From Chthonomonadales bacterium (GTDB lineage Bacteria > Armatimonadota > Chthonomonadetes > Chthonomonadales > CAJBBX01), in the NCBI GenBank assembly GCA_037442185.1, contig JBBIQU010000001.1, forward strand, positions 4,062-68,061: 64,000 nucleotides of DNA, written 5' to 3'. A model generated the notes under the pieces. The model was given only the letters and a program-made list of their open reading frames with translations, made no database searches and had not been told where the DNA came from. Shown piece by piece: positions 42,077-50,914 of this stretch (the stretch's first letter is position 1; every line of letters starts with the position of its first letter). The position numbers and the translations under genes are program-made.

Positions 42077-42886
42077 TCAGGGCCTAGCCTGACCAGTCAC
42101 ATGGCCGTCAAGGTAGACCGAGTTGTTCTTGCCCCCGTGTCGGCCAGGACTGGGCAAGCTGCTTACGTCGTCATTGGCGTTGCGCTCGAGCGTCGAGGAA
42201 TCATAGTACAGCGGCGTTTCCTGCGGGTTCGAAGCCTCGCCGATCGCCTTCGACCCCAGAGCGCGGTTCATCGCATATCCGTGCTTGCCCGCCTTGGCAT
42301 CGCCGACAGCCGGACATGCCATCGCATTCTCGTCGCCCACGTACTCCGACAGGCGGTCCATCCACACATCTGCAGGAGGCAGCATATCGTCCCAGCTGTC
42401 GGCATACAGCCTCGCGGCGGTATAGAGCTTTTTCAGGTTCTCCGGGCATCCCCCCGGGTCGTTTGTCACCGCCTGCGGTTGTGCGCCGAACTCGCCAACC
42501 AGCGTCCAGACGGGGCCGAACTGATAACCCGACCATGCCGTACCGACAGCCAGCACCAGTACGCCCGTGACCGTCGTTGCCCTCCGCCCCTGCGCCAAGA
42601 GTCCGCCGGCCGCAAGCCCGCCCGCGACCACCGGAATCAGAAACGCCAGAGGTCCCAGCGTGACGGTGGTGCCCGAGACATTCACCGACTGCCCCGAAAC
42701 CCACCAGAGCGCTCCAGCCCACAGTCCGGCCACGATAAGTCCGGCGACCACAGCGCCGCCGCGCGCTCCGCGGCAGCCTATCCACGACGCAGCGACAGGG
42801 CCGATGATCGGAACCAGCGCCAACGGAACCGACAGGACGGCAGTGCGAAGCGTTGCCTTCGGCAATGAGGCGTGTTGCTGGCTCAT
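42077..42886 (-). CDS. 4-TM membrane protein fused to an H-X9-DG (DUF1559-like) domain, no prepilin leader
   Basis: The N-terminal ~130 aa contain four hydrophobic helices. The C-terminal domain has CPENLKKLYTAARLYADSWDDMLPP, ACPAVGD..HGYAMN, TPLYYDSS and RH-GGKNNSVYL-DGH, an exact H-X9-DG. Confidence 0.6.
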   Translation of the reverse strand: MSQQHASLPKATLRTAVLSVPLALVPIIGPVAASWIGCRGARGGAVVAGLIVAGLWAGALWWVSGQSVNVSGTTVTLGPLAFLIPVVAGGLAAGGLLAQGRRATTVTGVLVLAVGTAWSGYQFGPVWTLVGEFGAQPQAVTNDPGGCPENLKKLYTAARLYADSWDDMLPPADVWMDRLSEYVGDENAMACPAVGDAKAGKHGYAMNRALGSKAIGEASNPQETPLYYDSSTLERNANDDVSSLPSPGRHGGKNNSVYLDGHVTGQARP

Positions 42887-42917
42887 GTCGCGTACCGGCC
42901 TGTCGTTCTCCCAGCGC

Positions 42918-44957
42918 TCAGAAGGGCAGGTAGTTGACCGACTTCGCGATCAGCGAGAGCGCGATGGACGCCATCGCGATCAGTCCGGTGCCGCAGGCAA
43001 AGCCCGCCAGAAGCACCGGGGCGTAGTTGCGCCACTGATCAATGCCGAACCGCTTGGCGAAGTACCTGCGCCCCAGCCACGCGCCGAAGAACGTCGGGAT
43101 GATGTCCGCCGGCCACGCGCCCACCCCTCCAACCATGCCATAGAACAGCAGCTGAGGGAGCCTGAGCACATTCACGATGCCTGCGTACAGTCCGAGCCCG
43201 GCAGCCATTCCCCAGACAATGCGCCCCGCGTTGATGCCTTCAAGGACCCACTTCGGACCATCCGGCTTGTTGATCGTCTGGAACATCGCCTGGAAGGTCG
43301 CCACAAGCGGCCAGAAGCGCTGGGCATAGGGGTGCTGACTCGACGGGATTGCGCCGGTGTGCCAGAAGAACGCCCAGAAGATGAACGACGCCGTCAAGAA
43401 CACGGGCAGAACGAAGAACTCGACCTTCACGATGCTCGTGAACCTGGTGCCCGTAAGCTCGACCTCTCGGAACCGTTGCGCCAGCGGACCGTAGTCGGCG
43501 AGCGGAATCGGCGCGTACCAGATATCCACATGTGGGTAGCCGCTCTTCATGATGGACGCTTCGCGCAGGAACGGGAACGACACGCCGCCACCTGTGAGCC
43601 CCATCATTCGGGCGCTAATGAACGAGTTGATCGGCGTCCAGATCAGGCCGAAGAAGATGAGCAGACCCCACGGGAACTGCCCGCCATGTCCGTTCACATG
43701 GAGAAGATACTGCGTCAGGCAGATATAGAAGCACGTGATGACAAACCAGACCGCCAGCGGGATCCAGATGGAGACGTCGCCTCGTCCCTTGGGAACCTGC
43801 GAGAACAGCCCGCGTCCCTTGGTCTCTCGGCGGAACTGCGAAAGGGCTTTGACGACCTGAACGATACCTATGAGCGCGACCGCCAGCTGCAGGCCGATGC
43901 CGATGGACATCCAGAACTTGATGTCGGTGATCAGCCTGGTGTTGATCGCGTCCATGCCCCGCGTCCAGCCGTTGGTTGCCGCCGACCCGAATGCGCCGGC
44001 GCCGTAGAGTATGTTTGGTCCCGGAAACACCTTGCGAAGCAGGCAGCTGATCAAGCTACCCAGTACGATCGGGTACGGCAGAACGAACCCCACAAGAACC
44101 TTGCCGAGATCGCCCGACAGGCCGGTCAGAGCGCCGGGCAATATCGTTTCTGTACTCGACGTAAGGTCAAAGAACGGAATGGGTATGAGCTGCATGGCCT
44201 TGTTGAACACAACGCCCGTGAAGACCGGTATGCCGACGTAGAAGAAGCCGAAGACGAGGCCGATGACCGTTCCAATCGAAAACACGCGCCAGCGCCAGGA
44301 CTCCTCCTTGCTTGCGGCCTCCGCCAGGGCTGTAGCGCCCGACGCAGCGACCGGAGCCATCGGGAACGGCAGGCGCTCGACATCCGAGGTGACACGGAAG
44401 AGCACATATCCCATGCTCATCCAGTTCAGGCGTCCCAGCACTTCGCCGACGACGAGCAGCAGGATCGGCACGAACCAGTGAGGATGCAGGAAGGTGCGCT
44501 GTGTCAGCGCCGCAGAGCCTGCCGGCGGAACCACCCAGTTGGGTATCTCGTTCGCGACAAGCCCTGCCTGGGGAGCCTGTCGGAAGTACTGGTTCCAGAT
44601 GAGGTAGCCAAACGGCCCGCCCGAAATGCCTCGATCGGCTAGCAGCAGGCTGGAGAGCATTGCCGCGACATAGTACAGGATGTAGATCTCCTGCCGCTTC
44701 ATCGGCAGGAAGGACCGCCGCATGACTTCAGAGAAGAGGACGATCGTCACCCACTCGGCGGCGGCTCCGAGCCCCTGCCCTGCGACAAGACCCAGGTACA
44801 GAGCGCCAGGCAGCATGATGAAGCCGACGAACAGGGCTCCGACAATGGTCTTGCCGGTAAACCCCTCCTCGTACTGTATCTGCTGTAACTCGGCGCCCTC
44901 TTCGACAGACGCCTGTTCAACGTTCGCTCTGGCTCGCGCAATGTCGTCAATAGCCAA
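42918..44957 (-). CDS. Polytopic integral membrane protein (>=14 predicted TM), possibly OPT-superfamily-like transporter
   Basis: 679 aa. TTG start 8 nt after a GAGGGAGGA SD. Hydrophobic throughout. The N-terminal FTGKTIVGALFVGFIMLPGALYLGLVAGQG loosely resembles the OPT-family first TM motif. The family call is weak. Confidence 0.6.
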   Translation of the reverse strand: MAIDDIARARANVEQASVEEGAELQQIQYEEGFTGKTIVGALFVGFIMLPGALYLGLVAGQGLGAAAEWVTIVLFSEVMRRSFLPMKRQEIYILYYVAAMLSSLLLADRGISGGPFGYLIWNQYFRQAPQAGLVANEIPNWVVPPAGSAALTQRTFLHPHWFVPILLLVVGEVLGRLNWMSMGYVLFRVTSDVERLPFPMAPVAASGATALAEAASKEESWRWRVFSIGTVIGLVFGFFYVGIPVFTGVVFNKAMQLIPIPFFDLTSSTETILPGALTGLSGDLGKVLVGFVLPYPIVLGSLISCLLRKVFPGPNILYGAGAFGSAATNGWTRGMDAINTRLITDIKFWMSIGIGLQLAVALIGIVQVVKALSQFRRETKGRGLFSQVPKGRGDVSIWIPLAVWFVITCFYICLTQYLLHVNGHGGQFPWGLLIFFGLIWTPINSFISARMMGLTGGGVSFPFLREASIMKSGYPHVDIWYAPIPLADYGPLAQRFREVELTGTRFTSIVKVEFFVLPVFLTASFIFWAFFWHTGAIPSSQHPYAQRFWPLVATFQAMFQTINKPDGPKWVLEGINAGRIVWGMAAGLGLYAGIVNVLRLPQLLFYGMVGGVGAWPADIIPTFFGAWLGRRYFAKRFGIDQWRNYAPVLLAGFACGTGLIAMASIALSLIAKSVNYLPF

Positions 44958-45037
44958 GCGCTGAGTCCTCCCTCTCGTCTCCTCTGCCGATCACACCGCG
45001 ACGCCGCCGTGGTCCCGGACCAAGCTCGCGTCCGCCT

Positions 45038-48000
45038 TCATTCGGTGGCCGCTGCCGGAGCGCCGAGCGGACCAGAGGCGGACTTCTCCGATGCCTGCTC
45101 CTGAGTGACCAGGTAACGCTCGCGGTCTCCCTGTTTCAGCGTGCGCCAGATCAGGAACTGCTTGCGCAGGGTGTTCAGGAACCGTCTGTTGACCCGTTTC
45201 CAGTTCGATATGTCGCCGCTCTCGCGGTGGATGACCACGCGGATTTCGAAGACATCGGCCATTGTCGTCGGGCTCGTCTCGATCATCACTTTCTGGCTCA
45301 CGCCGAGGTCGAACGGGGCAAGCCATGTCATGCACCTGATGCGGTAGACATGTCCCTTTCCGGCCGAAGCCGTCGCGCCTGCCGCAACGGGCAGATCCAC
45401 TTCCTGCTCCTCGGTCTCAACGTTCTGAGTGACGAAGTCGCCGATGCTGTACTCCTCGTATGCGGCGAACCATTCGGCCAGGAAGGAGTTCAGACCGGTG
45501 GCCTGCTCGCCCGTCACCGAGAACGGCAGCGGAATGGACCATTCGTCGCCCTCGGGCTCCGGAACGCGCCATGTTCGGTCAATGGCCGGTGTCGCCACCT
45601 CGGCGGCCTTGCGCGCCGGATAGAGTGTCGAGAGCAGCACGACCCCTACCACAACCATCGTAGTCATGACAGCCGACACCGACGAGAAGTTCAGGTACAG
45701 GCCCTGGAATGCCCCGGTCAAGACCAGTACCTTGGTGGCCAGCTGCCCCAGCAGGTATCCGGCAACGGATCCGAGGATGGCATAGACCAGAGCCTCCGCG
45801 ATGAACAGCATGGCAATGTGCGCCGGCGCAAGTCCGATGGACGAGAAGATATGGATTTCCTTGACCCGCTCGAACACTGAGCCCAGCATGGTGTTGAGAA
45901 CGATCAGCGCCGCGATCAGAACGGGGAAGAACACCAGTTCAAGCCCCTTGCTGGACGTTGCTGCGATGGACGAGTAGCGCTCGATGGACGGCTTGAGGTT
46001 CGGATCCGAAGGTATGCGCCCCGCGTAGAGGTTCAGCCCCAAGCGGTGCATCAGCGGGCCAAGCGTCTCGGTGACCTTCTCGGCGTCGCCAAAGTCAATG
46101 CCGATGGAGCGGAGTTCGGCGCCCAGGTTCGTTGCCGTCTGGAACGGAACGAAGAACACCGAATCCGGCTCGAGGTGCGTGTACTCACGGAACCCGGTCT
46201 CGCCTCCGCCGCGCCCCTGCCGCGTCAGCTTCTGCATGAGTATGAAGTCCACCGGCGTCAGCGGCTCGCTGTCAAGGTCGAGGACCTTCTTGAGGCGCTG
46301 GATGTCGAAGATGCCGACGACCGTGTAGTCAACTCCCGCGTAAGATACGGTCGCCTTGCCGACATCCTCGGGCTCAACGCGCAACGACGCGGCGATCACG
46401 TCCGGCAAGATCACCGAATACGTATCGTCCGGCTCGAACCAGCGTCCCGCGATAAGCGCCTCTTGCGGTCGCGTGACCCTCGCCTCCTGTGGCGCCAATC
46501 CGACAAGCGCCTTGGCATCGTACTGAGCGTTTCCACGCTTGATGGTCAGGAAGGACTGCTCGCCAAGCTGCGTCCCGAAGAACCACGAGCGCGGCGCCAC
46601 TGCGTTCTTCTTGCCGTACTCGTCCGCAAGCAGACGGTAGGCCGGCTCCTGGAGCTGATCCCACATGGCGGTGCGGATCATCAGGCCGTTGTAGCGCGGC
46701 TTTCCGGGCGCCGGGACCTGATTGAACCGCATTGTCTGAACCACCGACGTGAACGACAGGACGGTGAACGTCAGCAAGACCAGCGTAATGCACGTCAGCA
46801 CCGTTCTCGCCTTCCGCCGGCGCATGTTCGAGATGCCAAGGTTGAACGCAGCCAGGGCAACCGAGACGCGGCCGATATCGGCGCGGTGCACGCCGCTCAC
46901 CTGCTGGTTCATCTGCTTCAGCTGTTCTTCGAACTTCCCCGTGATGAGAGCGATCACGATGCATGAGAGCGCTCCCATAACGAACGCCAGCAGGACGATT
47001 ACGGGGTTCATGGTGATGTCGAACGCCGGATGGACGCGCGAGAACACGATGAAGATCAACAGGAATATGACCGCGGCGACCATCAGCTGGCGCTTGAGAT
47101 CGTAGGAGCCGAAGAGCAGGCGCTCCATGAAGTAGGCGAACGGAATCAGCAGCGCGAGATAGAACAGAACGCCCTGCACCACGTCCACCGCCGTTCGCTG
47201 GACATCGGGATATGCCCTCGAGGCATAGCCCCATGCTGCCCGACTTTCGGCATCGAACCGTTCCCAGTTGCGCGCAGCCTGAGCCTTCTCGGCACGTTCA
47301 ATGGCATCCTTGCCGAGCTCGTGGAGGCGGTTAATGCCCTCGTTGATAATCCTGTATTTGGCCAGCCGCTTGATGCGGAAGTCGTCAAGTTGCCAGATGT
47401 CCCGCGCCACGTGCAGCGCCGTGTGATAGATCGCGCCGCCTCGCGCGATCTCCCGCTCGGGATCGAACTTGTCGAGCGTCACCTTGCCGCGCAGTTCGGC
47501 GTCTTGCGCCTGACTGGGATCGCCACCGACCAGGTATCCACGCCCATCGGGACGCTCTTTGTCGGGATTGATCAGCAGAAGACGCGTCGCCCCGGGCCCG
47601 GCTCCCATCAATATCTTCAGGCGAGTGCCCGGCTGAGAGAAGATCACGGCAAGGTCTTCCACGTACGACCCCACCAGCCACGGATCCTGCGGGTCTATCG
47701 CATAGCCGAACATGCGCGGCTCGCCGTTCGTATCGCCGTCGAGGACATCAATGGACACGAGCGCGCGCAGAGACTGCTGGTCCACCAGATCAAAGATCGA
47801 GGTCGGAACACACCGGAACAGGATGACCGACACCTCTTTGCGCGCCGTCGTCACCTGCACGTCCAGAGGCATGAACTTCGCGCCGGTCACTCCCAGGTCA
47901 GGGGCGAAGTTGATGCCGCCTTTGTCCGGATTCGGAACCATCCGCCCGGTTGGCGTGCTCGTGTTCGGATCAATCTCCGGGACCTCGTCGCGATAGTCCA

Positions 48001-49996
48001 GATGGTATGCCGCCACCCGTGTCACGGCATTGCCGCCGTAGGCGGTGAGCGGCGCTACGCCACGGAACTCGAACACGTTCTTTTCGTTGGTGGCGGCCTC
48101 GTCGTAGACGCCCTGAATCATGTTGCCCCGGACGCCCATGTAGCTCTTGGTGCGATTTCGGATCACCGCCAGCGAACCGGCAAGCAACGGATCGGCGAAC
48201 GCGATGAAGCTCTTGCGCGGGTTGTAGATCGTCAGGCGTCCCCTGAGCGTCGCGAAGCCTCCCTGGAGGGCCATGCGCGACCACTTGGACGGCTCAGTGA
48301 TGGGCATGCGCTGGGCGTTGACGTCGCCGGGCTCATTCGTGTCTCGCGTGATGTGATAGAACTGACAGACGAGCAGTTTCGTCTGGAACGCCACATTGGC
48401 GATGTTCACCCGGTCGGCCGTGTCGAACGGCGTGTCCACAAGAGCGCGCGAGTCGTCAACCGACGCGAACGTGACGCCGTTGCCCTGCGCCATGGTAACC
48501 ACTTCGGAATCGAAAGCGGGCTTGCCGGGGATGTGGTTCCGCCAGTTCTTGCCGTCAACCGGGTTGACCCCATCGGCGAACACCTTCTTCGAGTCGAATC
48601 CCAGCACGTTGCCGATCTTCTCGGCATTCTCGCGGCAGACGCGCGCGATGTCGGAGAACCTGCCCTGAATGTCCTCCCGGAAATCGTAGAACCAGCCTTT
48701 GTAGAAGATGCCGAGCCCGCGGGTCTGGCTGCTGAGATCGAGACCGGCCCACAGATAGATCGTGTCCCGCTTCCTGAGCGGCTGGTTCCTGGGCTGCATA
48801 TAGAAAGCCACGTTCACGCCGACCATGAGCAGAACCAGAACGGCGAGCACCCAGGAGCCGGCGTTCATGCGCTTGCCGGATTCGGCATTCGGGACACGCA
48901 CGCGGCTCAGAAGCCAGATCACCAGAACGGCGAGGACCAAGCCCAGCCAGATTGAGGTCTTGCTTGCGTTCTCCTTGGCCACCGCTTTCTCGGCGAGCGA
49001 GGGTGGGACCCAGGCATCAATGTGCGCGTCAAGGAACTCCCGGATCCCCTGCAGAGCCTGAAAGTGCCCGCTGGTTGCCACGAAATACATGCTGCGCTTG
49101 GGCGGATTCGCCCTGAATACGCGCGCGACCTCCAGCAGGCTGGCAATGCCGCACGCCGATTCGGCGCCGGGGGCGAGCGCAGGCACAACCGAGATCGAGT
49201 CGAAGTAGCCCTGCACGGCGATGATCTGCTCGCGCATCTTGGGATCGGTGCCGGTGATCTTGCCGAAAACGCATGCCGCCTCGCGCGATTCCCACGGCAT
49301 GTCACACTTGAGCCTGCACTCGGGGGCAGTCTCGCCTGCCGCAAGGCCAAGGATCGCCGGCGCATCGGACCGACTCAGCCAGAATCTCGGAATCGAGATC
49401 GGAATGGATACGAACTTAGCCTCGGCCTCGCCGCGCATCGAGGTATCTGGAGCGATGAACACCACCGCTTTGGCGCCCAATCGCGGGGCGTTGAGCCATT
49501 CGGCCCGGCTGTTGAAATCAACGAGGACGATGGAGTTCTCGACTTCCTTGCCGTTGAAGTTCGACAGCTTGCCGTCGCCAACGTATATCAGCTTGCCGCT
49601 AAGGCCGTTCGGGGGAAGCTGGGAGGTGCGGACGAGATTGGGCCAGAGCCCGTAGACCCGCTTGGTGACACCGCCGACGCTCAAAGAGGCGCCCCGGTCC
49701 CCAGGAACCGTCACGGGGAACTTCATGACCTTGACGTCTTCGAGGCCGATCTCCCGGAAACGGCGCTCGACGTATTCCGCAGCCTTGGCGTCGCCGTCGT
49801 AGCCCGCCACGCGGGACCCGTACGACGCGAGCGTCTGGACCGTCTCGGCGATGTTGTCGGCGCTTACGGCATCCGACAGCTTCCGGTAGTTGTCTGGGTC
49901 CTCGGGAGCGGCGCCTGCGCCGACTGTGAAAAGCAACGCAACAATGGCCAAGACCCACGCTCTGCGTGACTGTGACAAGACCCGGGCATGCGACAT
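45038..49996 (-). CDS. Giant membrane fusion protein: signal anchor + degenerate M28/PA-like ectodomain + large extracytoplasmic domain + MacB/FtsX-type permease module + ~185-aa cytoplasmic tail
   Basis: ORF 45038..50110. The ATG at 49996 (MSHARVL..) follows an AAGGA SD. The M28-like block is SYGSRVAGYDGDAKAAEYVERRF...GYFDS...GAESACGIASLLEVARVF. The FtsX module runs at about 45600-46830 nt (NMRRRKARTVLTCITLVLLTF ... FERVKEIHIFSSIGL ... LYPARKAA). Confidence 0.8.
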   Translation of the reverse strand: MSHARVLSQSRRAWVLAIVALLFTVGAGAAPEDPDNYRKLSDAVSADNIAETVQTLASYGSRVAGYDGDAKAAEYVERRFREIGLEDVKVMKFPVTVPGDRGASLSVGGVTKRVYGLWPNLVRTSQLPPNGLSGKLIYVGDGKLSNFNGKEVENSIVLVDFNSRAEWLNAPRLGAKAVVFIAPDTSMRGEAEAKFVSIPISIPRFWLSRSDAPAILGLAAGETAPECRLKCDMPWESREAACVFGKITGTDPKMREQIIAVQGYFDSISVVPALAPGAESACGIASLLEVARVFRANPPKRSMYFVATSGHFQALQGIREFLDAHIDAWVPPSLAEKAVAKENASKTSIWLGLVLAVLVIWLLSRVRVPNAESGKRMNAGSWVLAVLVLLMVGVNVAFYMQPRNQPLRKRDTIYLWAGLDLSSQTRGLGIFYKGWFYDFREDIQGRFSDIARVCRENAEKIGNVLGFDSKKVFADGVNPVDGKNWRNHIPGKPAFDSEVVTMAQGNGVTFASVDDSRALVDTPFDTADRVNIANVAFQTKLLVCQFYHITRDTNEPGDVNAQRMPITEPSKWSRMALQGGFATLRGRLTIYNPRKSFIAFADPLLAGSLAVIRNRTKSYMGVRGNMIQGVYDEAATNEKNVFEFRGVAPLTAYGGNAVTRVAAYHLDYRDEVPEIDPNTSTPTGRMVPNPDKGGINFAPDLGVTGAKFMPLDVQVTTARKEVSVILFRCVPTSIFDLVDQQSLRALVSIDVLDGDTNGEPRMFGYAIDPQDPWLVGSYVEDLAVIFSQPGTRLKILMGAGPGATRLLLINPDKERPDGRGYLVGGDPSQAQDAELRGKVTLDKFDPEREIARGGAIYHTALHVARDIWQLDDFRIKRLAKYRIINEGINRLHELGKDAIERAEKAQAARNWERFDAESRAAWGYASRAYPDVQRTAVDVVQGVLFYLALLIPFAYFMERLLFGSYDLKRQLMVAAVIFLLIFIVFSRVHPAFDITMNPVIVLLAFVMGALSCIVIALITGKFEEQLKQMNQQVSGVHRADIGRVSVALAAFNLGISNMRRRKARTVLTCITLVLLTFTVLSFTSVVQTMRFNQVPAPGKPRYNGLMIRTAMWDQLQEPAYRLLADEYGKKNAVAPRSWFFGTQLGEQSFLTIKRGNAQYDAKALVGLAPQEARVTRPQEALIAGRWFEPDDTYSVILPDVIAASLRVEPEDVGKATVSYAGVDYTVVGIFDIQRLKKVLDLDSEPLTPVDFILMQKLTRQGRGGGETGFREYTHLEPDSVFFVPFQTATNLGAELRSIGIDFGDAEKVTETLGPLMHRLGLNLYAGRIPSDPNLKPSIERYSSIAATSSKGLELVFFPVLIAALIVLNTMLGSVFERVKEIHIFSSIGLAPAHIAMLFIAEALVYAILGSVAGYLLGQLATKVLVLTGAFQGLYLNFSSVSAVMTTMVVVGVVLLSTLYPARKAAEVATPAIDRTWRVPEPEGDEWSIPLPFSVTGEQATGLNSFLAEWFAAYEEYSIGDFVTQNVETEEQEVDLPVAAGATASAGKGHVYRIRCMTWLAPFDLGVSQKVMIETSPTTMADVFEIRVVIHRESGDISNWKRVNRRFLNTLRKQFLIWRTLKQGDRERYLVTQEQASEKSASGPLGAPAAATE

Positions 49997-50072
49997 CCGT
50001 GCGTTCCTTTCCAGATACCGTCGGCCGATCGTGGCGCGACCTTGTGAGGCGGGGGCGTACACGCGCGTCCGT

Positions 50073-50102
50073 ATCATAACACACGGCCTATGCAAAAGGC
50101 AA
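50073..50102 (-). promoter_or_regulatory. Putative promoter for the giant-gene cluster (TTGCCT - 18 nt - tgtTATGAT, extended -10)
   Basis: The minus strand reads gtTTGCCTtttgcataggccgtgtgtTATGATacgg, about 75 nt upstream of the ATG at 49996. Confidence 0.3.
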
Positions 50103-50216
50103 CAATCCAAGGGCCATCAACAACGAGTCCGGCCGTGGTCGCCCGAGTTCGCATGCGCTCCGCAGGCCCGATTTCCCGCCGCGCCAAGAAACTGCCGGTT
50201 TTCTTCTCGGACCGTA

Positions 50217-50246
50217 TTGACATCCTAGATGTGGTGGTGTTAGTAT
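50217..50246 (+). promoter_or_regulatory. Putative sigma70-type promoter for nrdR-nrdJ (TTGACA - 18 nt - TAGTAT)
   Basis: Consensus -35 TTGACA at 50217-50222 and -10 TAGTAT at 50241-50246. It lies about 50 nt upstream of the nrdR ATG. Confidence 0.5.
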
Positions 50247-50254
50247 AGCCCTCG

Positions 50255-50270
50255 CCACAATATGTAGTGT
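50255..50270 (+). promoter_or_regulatory. NrdR-box-like operator (ccACAATATgTAGTGT)
   Basis: Matches the published 16-bp palindromic NrdR-box consensus (approximately acACwAtATaTwGTgt) at 14-15 of 16 positions. It sits just downstream of the -10 box. A weaker partner (atCCTAGATGTGGTgg, 50222-50237) lies about 33 nt upstream, inside the promoter spacer. Confidence 0.55.
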
Positions 50271-50293
50271 TTCGTGTGTGAGGAAAGCGCTGC

Positions 50294-50746
50294 ATGCGTT
50301 GCCCGTACTGCGGCTCGGTTGAGGACAAGGTACTCGATTCGCGAGAGGCGCCGGACGGAACCAGCATTCGGCGAAGACGCGAATGCAAGGGCTGCGGCCG
50401 ACGTTTTACCACGTTCGAGCAGATCGAGCACATGGAGATGTTCGTGGTCAAGCGCAGCGGGCGGCGCGAGCCCTTCGACCGAAAGAAGGTGCTCAAGGGC
50501 ATACGCACGGCCTGTGCCGGACGCCCGATCAGCGCCGAACAGCTCGACAGTACGGTTGACGACATCGAGCGCATGCTCTTGAACCGACTCGAACGTGAAG
50601 TCTCCTCCGCCGTGATCGGCGACATGGTCATGGAACGGTTGAAAGCGATGGACCAGGTTGCCTACGTTCGCTTTGCGTCCGTGTATCGGCAGTTCGAGGA
50701 CGCGACTCAGTTCCGCGAGTTGGTGAAAAACCTCAGAAAGCGCTAA
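50294..50746 (+). CDS. nrdR: Transcriptional repressor NrdR (zinc ribbon + ATP-cone)
   Basis: MRCPYCGSVEDKVLDSR...RRRRECKGCGRRFTTFE followed by an ATP-cone region. Confidence 0.95.
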   Translation: MRCPYCGSVEDKVLDSREAPDGTSIRRRRECKGCGRRFTTFEQIEHMEMFVVKRSGRREPFDRKKVLKGIRTACAGRPISAEQLDSTVDDIERMLLNRLEREVSSAVIGDMVMERLKAMDQVAYVRFASVYRQFEDATQFRELVKNLRKR

Positions 50747-50914
50747 GTGTTGTGGTCTGCACCGCGCCGCACGCAACGTTCGTTGCGCGGTTCAGACTCC
50801 AGAACAACTGACGGCATGGTACAGGCCCTGCGGGAGCGGTGCGCATCCCGTGCGGCTGATTGCGTTCCCGAGGGCCCTCCCCCGGGGAAGATAAACAGGA
50901 AGGATGGCTTCACA

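Noticed and set aside
42567-44642. 691-aa plus-strand ORF. Also 47030..48955 (641 aa), 46046..46966 and 49022..49969, all antisense to the ABC-cluster genes.
   Set aside because: The translations are low-complexity and Arg/Asp/His-rich. The minus-strand frames give coherent TM-helix-rich and domain-bearing proteins with SD sequences.
38526-50110. Search for a short RiPP-precursor ORF in the cluster's intergenic gaps (44958-45037, 42887-42917, 42040-42076, 41452-41487, 39276-39290).
   Set aside because: The gaps are 15-80 nt and hold only SD sequences, so there is no room for a precursor gene. A precursor could still lie outside the cluster or be one of the annotated small proteins.
50747-50914. 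Cobalamin riboswitch or a second NrdR box in the nrdR-nrdJ spacer. Also the N-terminal extension of the nrdJ ORF from 50747.
   Set aside because: I found no B12-box-like core (no recognisable rAGYCMGgAgaCCkGCc-type element) and no AT-rich palindrome. The extension lacks homology-like sequence, whereas the ATG at 50915 has an AGGAAGGA SD.
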